From an uncultured Acidobacteriota bacterium (GTDB taxonomy: Bacteria > Acidobacteriota > Vicinamibacteria > Vicinamibacterales > JAKQTR01): a DNA stretch of 64,000 nt. The notes below the pieces were generated by a model. It was not told the DNA's origin, searched no databases, and was given only the letters and a program-made list of their open reading frames with translations. Numbering within the stretch: position 1 is the stretch's first letter; the number at the start of each line of letters is the position of its first letter. The DNA lies in the NCBI GenBank assembly GCA_963817885.1, contig CAWFQE010000002.1:704202-768201 (forward strand). The letters are read 5' to 3'. The position numbers and the translations under genes were made by a program. Shown here one piece after another: positions 55,559-63,540 of this stretch.

Positions 55559-56688
55559 TAGAACCAATAGTGCCTCGCCCCTTCCAGTAATCGCTCCGCG
55601 ACCAGGGCATTGCGATGCGCGATCTCGTTCCTGTTCGGGACCTCGGCGATGCCCGGATTCGGGTCGTGGAACTTCTCGGGCAGCGGCTGGTCAAACCTGC
55701 CGTTCCACCGGGTTCGCCAGGCTTCGGGTAGCGCCAGCGGCACAGGCAGGTCGTGCATCAGCAGGTATAGAAGCGCCCAGACGCGAGGCACCGCAATGAA
55801 CGAGTAGCCGCCGCCGAGCGTGAAGAGCACGCGTCCGGCCGTGAACTCGTCGGCCCAGTCGAGAATCCTCGAGAAGATCGCCTCGTAGTCACGCGTGGTC
55901 AGCATCAGATCGGCAAGCGGATCGTCGAAATGGGCATCGGCGCCCGCCTGGACGACGAGCACGCCCGGACGGAAATGGGCCAGCGCGGCCGGCACCACCT
56001 TGTCCAGCACCTCCAGGTAGCTCTTCCCATCCGTGAAAGGCTCGAGCGGCACGTTCAGCTTGAGCCCTCGGCCTGCGCCGGACCCGAGTTCGTGAATGCC
56101 GCCGGTGCCCGGAAACAGGAACTGGCCCGACTCGTGAAGGCTGATGGTCATCACGCGCCGGTCGTCGTAGAGGATCTGCTGGACGCCGTCACCATGGTGC
56201 ACATCGATGTCGAGATACGCGACCCAGAGGCCGTGGTGCGTCAGGTGGTTGATGGCGATCGCCAGGTCGTTGTAGATGCAGAAGCCCGCCGCGAAATTCC
56301 GTCGCGCGTGGTGCAGCCCTCCGCCGAGCTGGAGCACGCGCTTCTGGCCGGCGCAGATGAGACGCGCGCCGTGCAGCGCGCCGCCAACCAGCCAGCGCGC
56401 CGCCCGGTCCATGTCGGGGAAGGCAGGCGTGTCGGGTGTCCCGAGCCCGTACTCCTGGCAGTCGGGCACCTCCTTCCCTGCGCCGAGCGCTTCAACCCTG
56501 CGCACGTAGTAGTCGGCGTGGACCTCGAGCAGATCGCTGTGCATGGCCGGTTCCGGCTCTTCCGGCAGGACGGTGTGGCCGAGTGAGGCGATCAGATCGA
56601 GCATCATGTCGACGCGGACCGGACTGAACGGGTGCCTGTCTCCAAACGAGTAGCTTCGGTAGGCCGGGTGGTAGATCACCGAGGGCAT
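55558..56688 (-). CDS. acuC: histone-deacetylase-family protein, acetoin-utilisation AcuC-like (class I HDAC fold)
   Basis: HDAC motifs GFCIYNDLAIAI, DIDVHHGDGVQQI, catalytic His-His and Asp/Tyr positions. Confidence 0.8.
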   Translation of the reverse strand: MPSVIYHPAYRSYSFGDRHPFSPVRVDMMLDLIASLGHTVLPEEPEPAMHSDLLEVHADYYVRRVEALGAGKEVPDCQEYGLGTPDTPAFPDMDRAARWLVGGALHGARLICAGQKRVLQLGGGLHHARRNFAAGFCIYNDLAIAINHLTHHGLWVAYLDIDVHHGDGVQQILYDDRRVMTISLHESGQFLFPGTGGIHELGSGAGRGLKLNVPLEPFTDGKSYLEVLDKVVPAALAHFRPGVLVVQAGADAHFDDPLADLMLTTRDYEAIFSRILDWADEFTAGRVLFTLGGGYSFIAVPRVWALLYLLMHDLPVPLALPEAWRTRWNGRFDQPLPEKFHDPNPGIAEVPNRNEIAHRNALVAERLLEGARHYWF

Positions 56689-57305
56689 GGTTTTTCCGGC
56701 GGCCAGAGAACCTCGAATCCGTCCTGACGAAGGTCCCTCGCGATGATCCGGATCTCCATCGAGCCGACGCGCAACACGGTCCGAACGGAACTCGGCCCGT
56801 CTGGATACGTGAGAATCGAGTGGACGTTCAGGTCCCGCTTGCTCAGGAACGCCGTCAGTCGCGCCAGCTCGCCTGGGTGGTCCGGCAATCGCACCTCGAG
56901 GCGCCCGGAGGGTTTATCCGCCCCGGTCATCCGCATGAGGGCATCGAGCAGATCCAGGCCCGTGATGATGCCTTCGAGCCGCCCATCGTCCACGATGGGC
57001 AGACAGCCGATCTTGTGCTCGCGCATCGTGCGGGCGGCGTCTTCCACGGGGTCTTCGGGGCTCGCCGTCAGCAGCCCCCGCGACATCACCGTCGACACCG
57101 CACTGCCGGGCGGAAAGGGCGATGGCGCCAAAGCGCTCGTCGCCAGCCGGAGATCGCGGTCCGTGATCACGCCAACCAGCAGATCCCCGTCCAGCACGGG
57201 CAGGTGCCGGATGCCCTTCTGACGCATGGTGCGATACGCATCCTCGAGCGTCGTGTCGGAAGTCACCGTCAGGGCGGGACGCGTCATGATGTCCCTGACC
57301 AGCAT
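56676..57305 (-). CDS. CBS-pair + ACT domain protein (AcuB-like)
   Basis: two CBS motifs (IMTRPALTVTSDTTLEDAYRTMRQKGIRHLPV; VSTVMSRGLLTASPEDPVEDAARTMREHKIGCLPI) then ACT-like RLEVRLPDHPGELARLTAFLS; 13-nt overlap with acuC. Confidence 0.7.
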   Translation of the reverse strand: MLVRDIMTRPALTVTSDTTLEDAYRTMRQKGIRHLPVLDGDLLVGVITDRDLRLATSALAPSPFPPGSAVSTVMSRGLLTASPEDPVEDAARTMREHKIGCLPIVDDGRLEGIITGLDLLDALMRMTGADKPSGRLEVRLPDHPGELARLTAFLSKRDLNVHSILTYPDGPSSVRTVLRVGSMEIRIIARDLRQDGFEVLWPPEKPCPR

Positions 57306-57533
57306 ACGCAGGCCTCGCTTTTCAGGGGGTCTTCAGGAGTGCGCCAGCATGCAGGCGCGTCTCCGTCAACAGGTTCGATGATACGCCGGAATCGTCCAGG
57401 GCGTCCCGGCCGGCGCGGATTCCGTTTCCAGCGGGCGACGCCTGCTGGTAGAGTTCATGGGCGCCGTTGAAGGTTCGTCCGACGGGCAGCGTACACGGCC
57501 GCAAGCCCCAGGCCAGCCATCGTCAGCACCACC

Positions 57534-58175
57534 ATGTTCGACGCCCGCTATTTCGCCTACGCCACGATCTCGGCGCTGCTGGTCATCAGTCCCGGCGCGA
57601 CGATGGCGGTTGTGATGGAAGCGGCGGTCTCGGCCGGACGGGCCGCCGCCCTGTTCACGGTCGTCGGCGTCAATATCGCCAACGCGTCACTCGGCCTCGC
57701 CTCGGCGCTGGGCATGTCATTCGTGTTCCATCACTGGCCGTGGACGATGCAGGTGATTCGCGTCGGGGGCGCGGCGTACTTGTCGTTCCTGGGGATTCGA
57801 AAGCTGTGGGAGTTGTGGAGGGATCGGGCGGCGGACCCGGCGCCGTCACGGCTGGAGGAGCCGACTGACGCGGAACTGATGTCGAGCGGCGACCGCGTCG
57901 TGCGGGGTGTCGCGACCAATCTGCTCAACCCGTCCGTCGTCATTTTCTACATGATGTTCCTGCCCCAGTTCGTCGGGCCACAGGACCGGTTCTTTCCGCG
58001 GTTCCTTCTCCTGGCTGCCACGCACGTGACGATGAGTGCGACGTGGCTGTCGATCTGGGCGCTCGCTCTCGGTGCGCTGGCCGGAGTGTTCGCAAGGCCG
58101 CTGGTGCGCCGGACGCTGGACGCGCTGACAGGCGCGATCCTGGTTGGGCTGGGAGTGAGGCTGGTGGTGGGTTAG
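57534..58175 (+). CDS. LysE/RhtB-family amino-acid exporter
   Basis: six-TM LysE architecture; conserved PGATMAVVME and NLLNPSVVIFYMMFLPQFV. Confidence 0.8.
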   Translation: MFDARYFAYATISALLVISPGATMAVVMEAAVSAGRAAALFTVVGVNIANASLGLASALGMSFVFHHWPWTMQVIRVGGAAYLSFLGIRKLWELWRDRAADPAPSRLEEPTDAELMSSGDRVVRGVATNLLNPSVVIFYMMFLPQFVGPQDRFFPRFLLLAATHVTMSATWLSIWALALGALAGVFARPLVRRTLDALTGAILVGLGVRLVVG

Positions 58176-58192
58176 ATTGGCTCCAGGCTCTT

Positions 58193-58221
58193 GGCTAACG
58201 GCCAACGGCTAACGGCTAGAG
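58193..58221. repeat. short tandem array GGCTAACG/GCCAACG/GCTAACG/GCTAGAG (~4 units of 7-8 nt)
   Basis: read directly in the convergent intergenic region. Confidence 0.6.
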
Positions 58222-58243
58222 GCCGTGACGACAGAACAGACCA

Positions 58244-58306
58244 GCGCCTAGCGCCTAGTCCCTAGCCCCTAGTCCCTAGCCCCTAGCCCCTAGCCCCTAG
58301 CCCCTA
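58244..58306. repeat. heptamer tandem array GCGCCTA x2, G(T/C)CCCTA x ~7; on the minus strand (TAGGGGC)n, a run of GGGG tracts with 3-nt loops
   Basis: read directly; the last unit supplies the TAG stop of the 58304..61012 gene; exact copy number uncertain by one unit. Confidence 0.7.
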
Positions 58307-61012
58307 TCTGCTCAGCCAGTAACTGATCTTCGCCATCACGACGTTGTCGCCCGGCGCGCTGAACAACCTCGAGGTGTCTGGTCCCAGCGCGAATTGCCCG
58401 GGCCGCGACTCGTCGACCCGCTGCTGCGTCCACACGACATAGAGCGTGGAGCCTGGCCTGAATTCCCACCGGTACACCGCGTTCACGCGCAGCGACTTGA
58501 AATTGAAGTCGGGATTGCCGAACGAGAACGGCGCGGATCCGGCGCCTCCCATCGGGTCGACCGTGTAGGTTGCCGAGGAGGTATCGTACGCGATCGATCC
58601 CACGTCGATGCCGTAGCGTCCGAAGTCGTACGTCCGCGGCCGCGCAAGCTCCTTGAATCCCTGGTAACGTCCAACCGACAGCAGCGGCTGCGCGTAAAGC
58701 TGCAGTGACATCTTCGGGCTGATGATCAGGCTGACACGCGTCACCATCGACACTTCCGTCTGGTCGAGCTCCCCGAAGACGTACCGATTGCCGAAGGTGC
58801 CGGATGCGGTGGGATCGGATACGGTCCGTACGTACTGCGCGGTGACCCCGGACCGGGTCCACGACGGTCCTGTTTCGATCGACAACGCGGGCGCCGGGCG
58901 CAGCTTGATCGAGAACGACAGCCATCCGTCCCACCCGCGATCGGTCGGAGGAGAGTACGACGTGTCCATCCCGAACGAGATCGCCTTTCGCGAGTCGGAC
59001 CAGACTCCGCCCCAGACGTTCCTGAAGCCGGGGTTTCGAGTCAACGGCCCTCCGCGTGTCAGGCGGTCGCTCATCGTGGATGGGCCCGCGTGAACCCCGC
59101 CGGAGGCATTCCAGTAGTTCCTGAACGTCAGGTTCCCGCTCAGGTAATAGCCGCTCCCCATAGGGTTCCCGGCGAAGTTCCACACCCACCAGATCCCGCC
59201 CGTGAGCGACCGGCTTCGACTTAGGCCGTCCGGCGTCGGTTTGCGCCAGGTGAATGCCGCGTGACCGCCAAATCGATCCGTGGTGGTCAAGTATCCGGCA
59301 TCGTTGGTTTCGTAGCCCGGGCTGACGGCCCAGAACGAGACGTTGGGCTTGAAATTGCCCGCGTTCTTGTTGACGTCGACCTGCAGGTTCCATCCCGACA
59401 ACGATCGGGCGTTCTCGTCGTAGGTGAGATGCGTCGCGTCGGGCCGCTGAAAGTACCGCGAGGACGCACGCTCCAGCCTCGTCATGGCGGCCGATGTTCC
59501 GGCCACGTAGCTGGACGACAAGGCGGCCGAGGCGACCCAGTCGTTTCCTTTGTTCAAGAAGAGGTGACCGTCGCCGCCGACGACGTAGGCCTTACTCGGC
59601 AACAGGTTCGCCAGCGCAGGATCCTGGAGATCGCGATTCACCGACGTCGCGATGAAGCCGAACCCGCCCCGGTCGCCGACATTGCGATACGCCCGCGCCA
59701 CGAAGTAGTTCGTGAGGGGCTCGACTTCGGTCCGGTTCTGGACGCCGAGGGTCGACACGCGAGCCGACTCGCGGCTTGTCACCGCGTCGAGCGCGGCCAG
59801 GCTCCAGCCGGACGATGTCTTGCCGGTCAGCTTGGCCGCCCCGAGAATGGTGGTGGAGGTCGGCGTGTCGACGAAGTCGCCGCTGGCGCTGCCTTGCGGC
59901 GCGCGGCCAATCCGCCGGGAGTAGAACAGCGACGGATTCGACCTGTTGAACCCGAAGTGCGAACTGGGCCCGTTGCCGCCGAATCCCGAGAGGATGTCCG
60001 ACCCTTCGATGAAGAACGGCCGCTTCTCGTTGTAGAAGGTCTCGAACGCGCTCAGGTTCACCACCGCCGGATCGACTTCCACCTGGCCGAAGTCCGGGTT
60101 CACCGTGGCATCGAGCGTCAGACTGCTCGACACACCCCACTTCGCATCGAGACCTGCGCCGCCAATCAGGCGGCTGCCGTCGTTGAACGGATCGCCTGCG
60201 GGCACGGTGGCGCTGAACTCATTTCGGAGTGTCGCGTACGGCAACAGGTCCAGGTGCTGCCGGCTGCGTATGCCGTCCAGGCCCGTCAGGTGACCCGACC
60301 GCGAGATGACGGCGCTCTCTTTCTTCGGGATCGGGACCCACCAGTCCTCTTCATTCCGGCGCTGGATGTAGCGAACGAGCTGGAAGCCCCACGTCTGCCG
60401 GTCGGCGGCCGGGAATCGAAGCTGCGAAAACGGGATGCGGACTTCCGCCGTCCATCCCTGCTCATCGACAGCGACGGCGGCCTCCCACACGGCGTCCCAT
60501 GAACTGTCGCTGAAGGAGTCGTTGTACATCGTGCCGTCCTGGAGCGCTCCGGCGGCCGACACGGTGAAGGTGGCGCCTGTCAGATGATCGTGACGGGGAT
60601 CGAGTCCGATGATGATGTAGTCGGCAACGCCCGAGGCATCGTCATCCCGGCGAGTCAGCCTCCGTGCGATGCGCGCCGGGTCGCGATCGAACATCCTGGC
60701 GCCCACGTATATGGCCGCCTCGTCGTAAAGGACCCGGACTTCGGTCAGTTGGGTCGCAGGCTGACCTTCGTCGGGATCGCGCTGGGTCAGTCCGGTGCCG
60801 GCCGGGGCCGATTTCCAGGCATCTTCGTCGAGATGGCCGTCCAGGACGATCGGCGTGCTGATGCGCACGGCCGCGAGGCTGGGAACCTGAAGTGCGGCGG
60901 GGACCTGAGGCTGAGCCGCGGCTTGCGGTGGAGGCTGAGCGCCGAGGTAGCCGGAAGAGGCGAGCAGCATGATCGCCGCAAGAGCGGCGCGAACGACAAC
61001 GGAAGGTTTCAT
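58304..61012 (-). CDS. DUF5916 / CBM9-like domain outer-membrane protein
   Basis: signal peptide MKPSVVVRAALAAIMLLASSGYLGAQ; CBM9-like N-terminus (RISTPIVLDGHLDEDAWKSA); long beta-rich body; C-terminal AKISYWLSR; no frameshift in 2.7 kb. Confidence 0.6.
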   Translation of the reverse strand: MKPSVVVRAALAAIMLLASSGYLGAQPPPQAAAQPQVPAALQVPSLAAVRISTPIVLDGHLDEDAWKSAPAGTGLTQRDPDEGQPATQLTEVRVLYDEAAIYVGARMFDRDPARIARRLTRRDDDASGVADYIIIGLDPRHDHLTGATFTVSAAGALQDGTMYNDSFSDSSWDAVWEAAVAVDEQGWTAEVRIPFSQLRFPAADRQTWGFQLVRYIQRRNEEDWWVPIPKKESAVISRSGHLTGLDGIRSRQHLDLLPYATLRNEFSATVPAGDPFNDGSRLIGGAGLDAKWGVSSSLTLDATVNPDFGQVEVDPAVVNLSAFETFYNEKRPFFIEGSDILSGFGGNGPSSHFGFNRSNPSLFYSRRIGRAPQGSASGDFVDTPTSTTILGAAKLTGKTSSGWSLAALDAVTSRESARVSTLGVQNRTEVEPLTNYFVARAYRNVGDRGGFGFIATSVNRDLQDPALANLLPSKAYVVGGDGHLFLNKGNDWVASAALSSSYVAGTSAAMTRLERASSRYFQRPDATHLTYDENARSLSGWNLQVDVNKNAGNFKPNVSFWAVSPGYETNDAGYLTTTDRFGGHAAFTWRKPTPDGLSRSRSLTGGIWWVWNFAGNPMGSGYYLSGNLTFRNYWNASGGVHAGPSTMSDRLTRGGPLTRNPGFRNVWGGVWSDSRKAISFGMDTSYSPPTDRGWDGWLSFSIKLRPAPALSIETGPSWTRSGVTAQYVRTVSDPTASGTFGNRYVFGELDQTEVSMVTRVSLIISPKMSLQLYAQPLLSVGRYQGFKELARPRTYDFGRYGIDVGSIAYDTSSATYTVDPMGGAGSAPFSFGNPDFNFKSLRVNAVYRWEFRPGSTLYVVWTQQRVDESRPGQFALGPDTSRLFSAPGDNVVMAKISYWLSR

Positions 61013-61170
61013 GAGCGTGTCAGTGCAGCGGCATCGATGGGCCGAAGGATGACTACGTCACGGCCTGGCGCGCGGCACGGGCCAAGCCGGGGAGCAAGGG
61101 GATCATGTCATGAGACGAGAATTCGGCCTCGCGGTTCCCTGGACTCCTGCGCGGCCGCCGGCCTCGAGCC

Positions 61171-61222
61171 TCAGGCCTCAGGCCTTAAGCTTCAAGCCCT
61201 AAGCCTCAAGCCCCAAGCCTGG
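61171..61222. repeat. degenerate 7-8-mer tandem array GCCTCGAG CCTCAGG CCTCAGG CCTTAAG CTTCAAG CCCTAAG CCTCAAG CCCCAAG CCTGGAAG
   Basis: read directly; units are near-palindromic CCTNAGG; lies between the M24 peptidase stop (61227) and the OMP start (61012). Confidence 0.65.
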
Positions 61223-61226
61223 AAGT

Positions 61227-62507
61227 TCACGCAAACGGCTGCTCGATCGAAGGAGCCGGTTGCGAGAACCACCGAGGGCCCTGCTCGGTGATGTAGATGT
61301 CATCCTCGAGACGAATCCCGAACTGCCCGGGGATGACGATCATCGGTTCGTTCGAGAAGCACATGCCCGGTGCGATGGGGGTCTTGTTGCCGCGCACGAA
61401 ATTCGTCCATTCGTGCCCGTCGAGGCCGATGCCGTGGCCCGTGCGGTGCGGCAATCCAGGCAGACGGTAGTCGGGGCCGAGCCCCGCGTCGATGAGGATC
61501 TTGCGCGCGGCCGCGTCGACCGATTCGCAGGTTGCTCCCGGCCTGGCCGCGGCAAACGCCGCCGCCTGCGCGCGCTTCTCGAGTTCCCAGATCTCGCGCT
61601 GCTTCGCGGATGGCGCTCCGAACACCACCGATCGCGTGATGTCGGACTGGTAGCCGTCGACGGTGCAGCCGCCGTCGCCCAGGACGACGTCGCCCGGCCT
61701 CAGGTTGCGCGGCTTGATGCTGCCGTGCGGGAGCGCGGTCGATTCGCCGAAGCTGCCGCCGATGCTGCCGTTCGCGCCGAGGGCCCGATGCGCCGCGGCG
61801 GAGTTTGCCGAGAACTCCGCGGTGGTCATGCCTTCGTGGAGCGTGGCGAGCGTCGCCTTGTAGGCCGCCACGGTGATGTCGTTCGCCCGCTGCATCAGGG
61901 CGATCTCGGCGGCGGACTTGATGACCCGGCAGCCGATGGTGACCGGGTCGGCGCTGACGTATTCGAGAGCAGGAGCGGCCTTCCTGATCCCGTCGAACAG
62001 GAAGAAGCGTACGCGCTCCTCGATCCCGATCCGCCCGGTGGCGACCCCCCGGTCCTTGAAGATCTGCGCGACTTTACGGGCCGGGTCTTCGTCCTCTTCC
62101 CACGTGCGCACGTCGTTGCCGAACCTGATCAACTCCCGCGCCCGGTCCTCTTCGAACTTCGGGCACACGTACGCGAGGTCGCCCCGCGCCGGGATCACCG
62201 CGCCGAACATCCGCTCGCTCTGGCCCCAGCGGACTCCGGTGAAGTAGAACAGGCTCGTGCCCGACTCGAGAAACATGCCGGCCATGCCCTGCTCCGACAT
62301 CAGGCGCTGTGCCTTCTGGATGCGGCCCCGGCGTTCGTCATCGGAAATCGGCACGATGCCGGCCGTCATCGGCTTGAGGTTGCGAATCGGCTCGGGGACT
62401 TGCGATTGATCCTCCGGCGCGCAGGCGTCCGCGCCGCGCTCTGCCACGAATCCCGCCCCGGCGGCCGCAGCCGTCACCTCGAGGAATCGCCGTCTGTCGA
62501 TGGCCAT
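61227..62507 (-). CDS. M24-family metallopeptidase (Xaa-Pro aminopeptidase/creatinase-like) with Tat signal
   Basis: MAIDRRRFLEVTAAAAGAGFVA twin-arginine leader; creatinase-N-like then pita-bread domain with metal ligands (DGGCTVDGYQSDITRS, HRTGHGIGLDGHE, E...E). Confidence 0.75.
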   Translation of the reverse strand: MAIDRRRFLEVTAAAAGAGFVAERGADACAPEDQSQVPEPIRNLKPMTAGIVPISDDERRGRIQKAQRLMSEQGMAGMFLESGTSLFYFTGVRWGQSERMFGAVIPARGDLAYVCPKFEEDRARELIRFGNDVRTWEEDEDPARKVAQIFKDRGVATGRIGIEERVRFFLFDGIRKAAPALEYVSADPVTIGCRVIKSAAEIALMQRANDITVAAYKATLATLHEGMTTAEFSANSAAAHRALGANGSIGGSFGESTALPHGSIKPRNLRPGDVVLGDGGCTVDGYQSDITRSVVFGAPSAKQREIWELEKRAQAAAFAAARPGATCESVDAAARKILIDAGLGPDYRLPGLPHRTGHGIGLDGHEWTNFVRGNKTPIAPGMCFSNEPMIVIPGQFGIRLEDDIYITEQGPRWFSQPAPSIEQPFA

Positions 62508-62649
62508 TGTCTGTCTCCAGATGCCCAGAATCTCGCTCACCCCGGAAGCGTGAGGATGATCGCCGGCGAGGATCGCCCGCATGAACCCGCGAATGATACC
62601 CGATCGAGCCACCGGCCCTGGCGTTCATCTCGTGCGGCCGCAGGAAGCC

Positions 62650-62719
62650 GGGACATTCCGGCGCGTTGACAGGGACATTTCGGCGCGCGCTGGCCAACCT
62701 CAACCGCGGCAGGTATGAT
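62650..62719 (+). promoter_or_regulatory. two 16-bp direct repeats GGGACATTCCGGCGCG / GGGACATTTCGGCGCG 22 nt apart flanking a TTGACA, followed by TGGCCA-17nt-TATGAT promoter-like pair
   Basis: read directly in the divergent region between the M24 peptidase (-) and the TIGR04076-like gene (+); -10 lies ~32 nt upstream of ATG 62751 with AGAGGA RBS. Confidence 0.4.
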
Positions 62720-62750
62720 ACGCGCTTCACCCCTGACCAGAGGACCCGGG

Positions 62751-63035
62751 ATGCCCAGGATCAAGGTGTCGGTCGAGCGTGTCGGCGGCTGCTGCAACCT
62801 TCCCATGCTGATCGGGGATGCCTTCTTCCTCGAAGGGTCCAGGTTGTCGGTGCCTGACGGGGCGTTTGTCTGCATGTGGGCGCTTCAGAGCATGATGCCG
62901 GTGTTTCCCACGCTCGGCGTGAAGGAGCACCTGCCGCAGAGCCACTGGGTGCACGCCGTGCGCCATTTCGCCTGTCCCGATCCGAAGGGCCAGGTCGTCT
63001 TCCGGGTGGAGAGGCTCGCCGATGATCCGGATTGA
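62751..63035 (+). CDS. TIGR04076-like small Cys-containing protein
   Basis: MPRIKVSVERVGGCCNLPMLIGDAFFLEGSRLSVPDGAFVCMWALQSMMPVF...ACPDPKGQVVFRVERL matches my recollection of the TIGR04076 pattern; the track ORF start at 62715 lies inside the putative -10. Confidence 0.5.
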   Translation: MPRIKVSVERVGGCCNLPMLIGDAFFLEGSRLSVPDGAFVCMWALQSMMPVFPTLGVKEHLPQSHWVHAVRHFACPDPKGQVVFRVERLADDPD

Positions 63036-63540
63036 CGTGAGCAGGTGCACGGGCTGCCATTGCTGCGAGGCAGCCTGCGCGTTCCACCATACGGGCAGCG
63101 CCGGACGACTCCTCGCCCGCATCCGCGTGATCAACCTCTACGAAATCGGTGTGGACGCACCGGTGGTGTGCCAGCAGTGCACGGAGCGCTACTGCCTGGC
63201 ATGCCCGGAAAAGGCGCTCACGCTCGGTCCGCTCGGCCAGGTCGTCGTGTCGCCCACGCTGTGCGACGAGTGCGGCGCCTGCGCGCGGGCGTGCCCGATC
63301 GGAGCGATCGAAAAGGTGGGCGGCATCACGTTCGTCTGCGACCTCTGCGGAGGCCGGCCGCGGTGCGTCGAGGCCTGCACGCAGGACGCCATCGCGTTCG
63401 TGCCCGACTCAGGCGGCACGGTCAGCCTCGCCTCGTTCAAGGAAGGCAGCGAACGGCTGGCGCCGAGCCGCAAGCGCGCCCTCTTCGTGAAGACGCTCGG
63501 CCTGACGGCGCGGGCCGGCTGGGCGGTGACCCGTGCCTGA
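63022..63540 (+). CDS. 4Fe-4S ferredoxin-type iron-sulfur protein (multi-cluster)
   Basis: CTGCHCCEAAC, CQQCTERYCLACP, CDECGACARACP, CDLCGGRPRCVEAC cluster motifs; 14-nt overlap with the upstream gene. Confidence 0.7.
   Translation: MIRIDVSRCTGCHCCEAACAFHHTGSAGRLLARIRVINLYEIGVDAPVVCQQCTERYCLACPEKALTLGPLGQVVVSPTLCDECGACARACPIGAIEKVGGITFVCDLCGGRPRCVEACTQDAIAFVPDSGGTVSLASFKEGSERLAPSRKRALFVKTLGLTARAGWAVTRA

Noticed and set aside
58244-58306. Tandem short repeats as a possible CRISPR array
   Set aside because: Units are 7-8 nt with no spacers, far too short for CRISPR repeats, and no cas genes are nearby.
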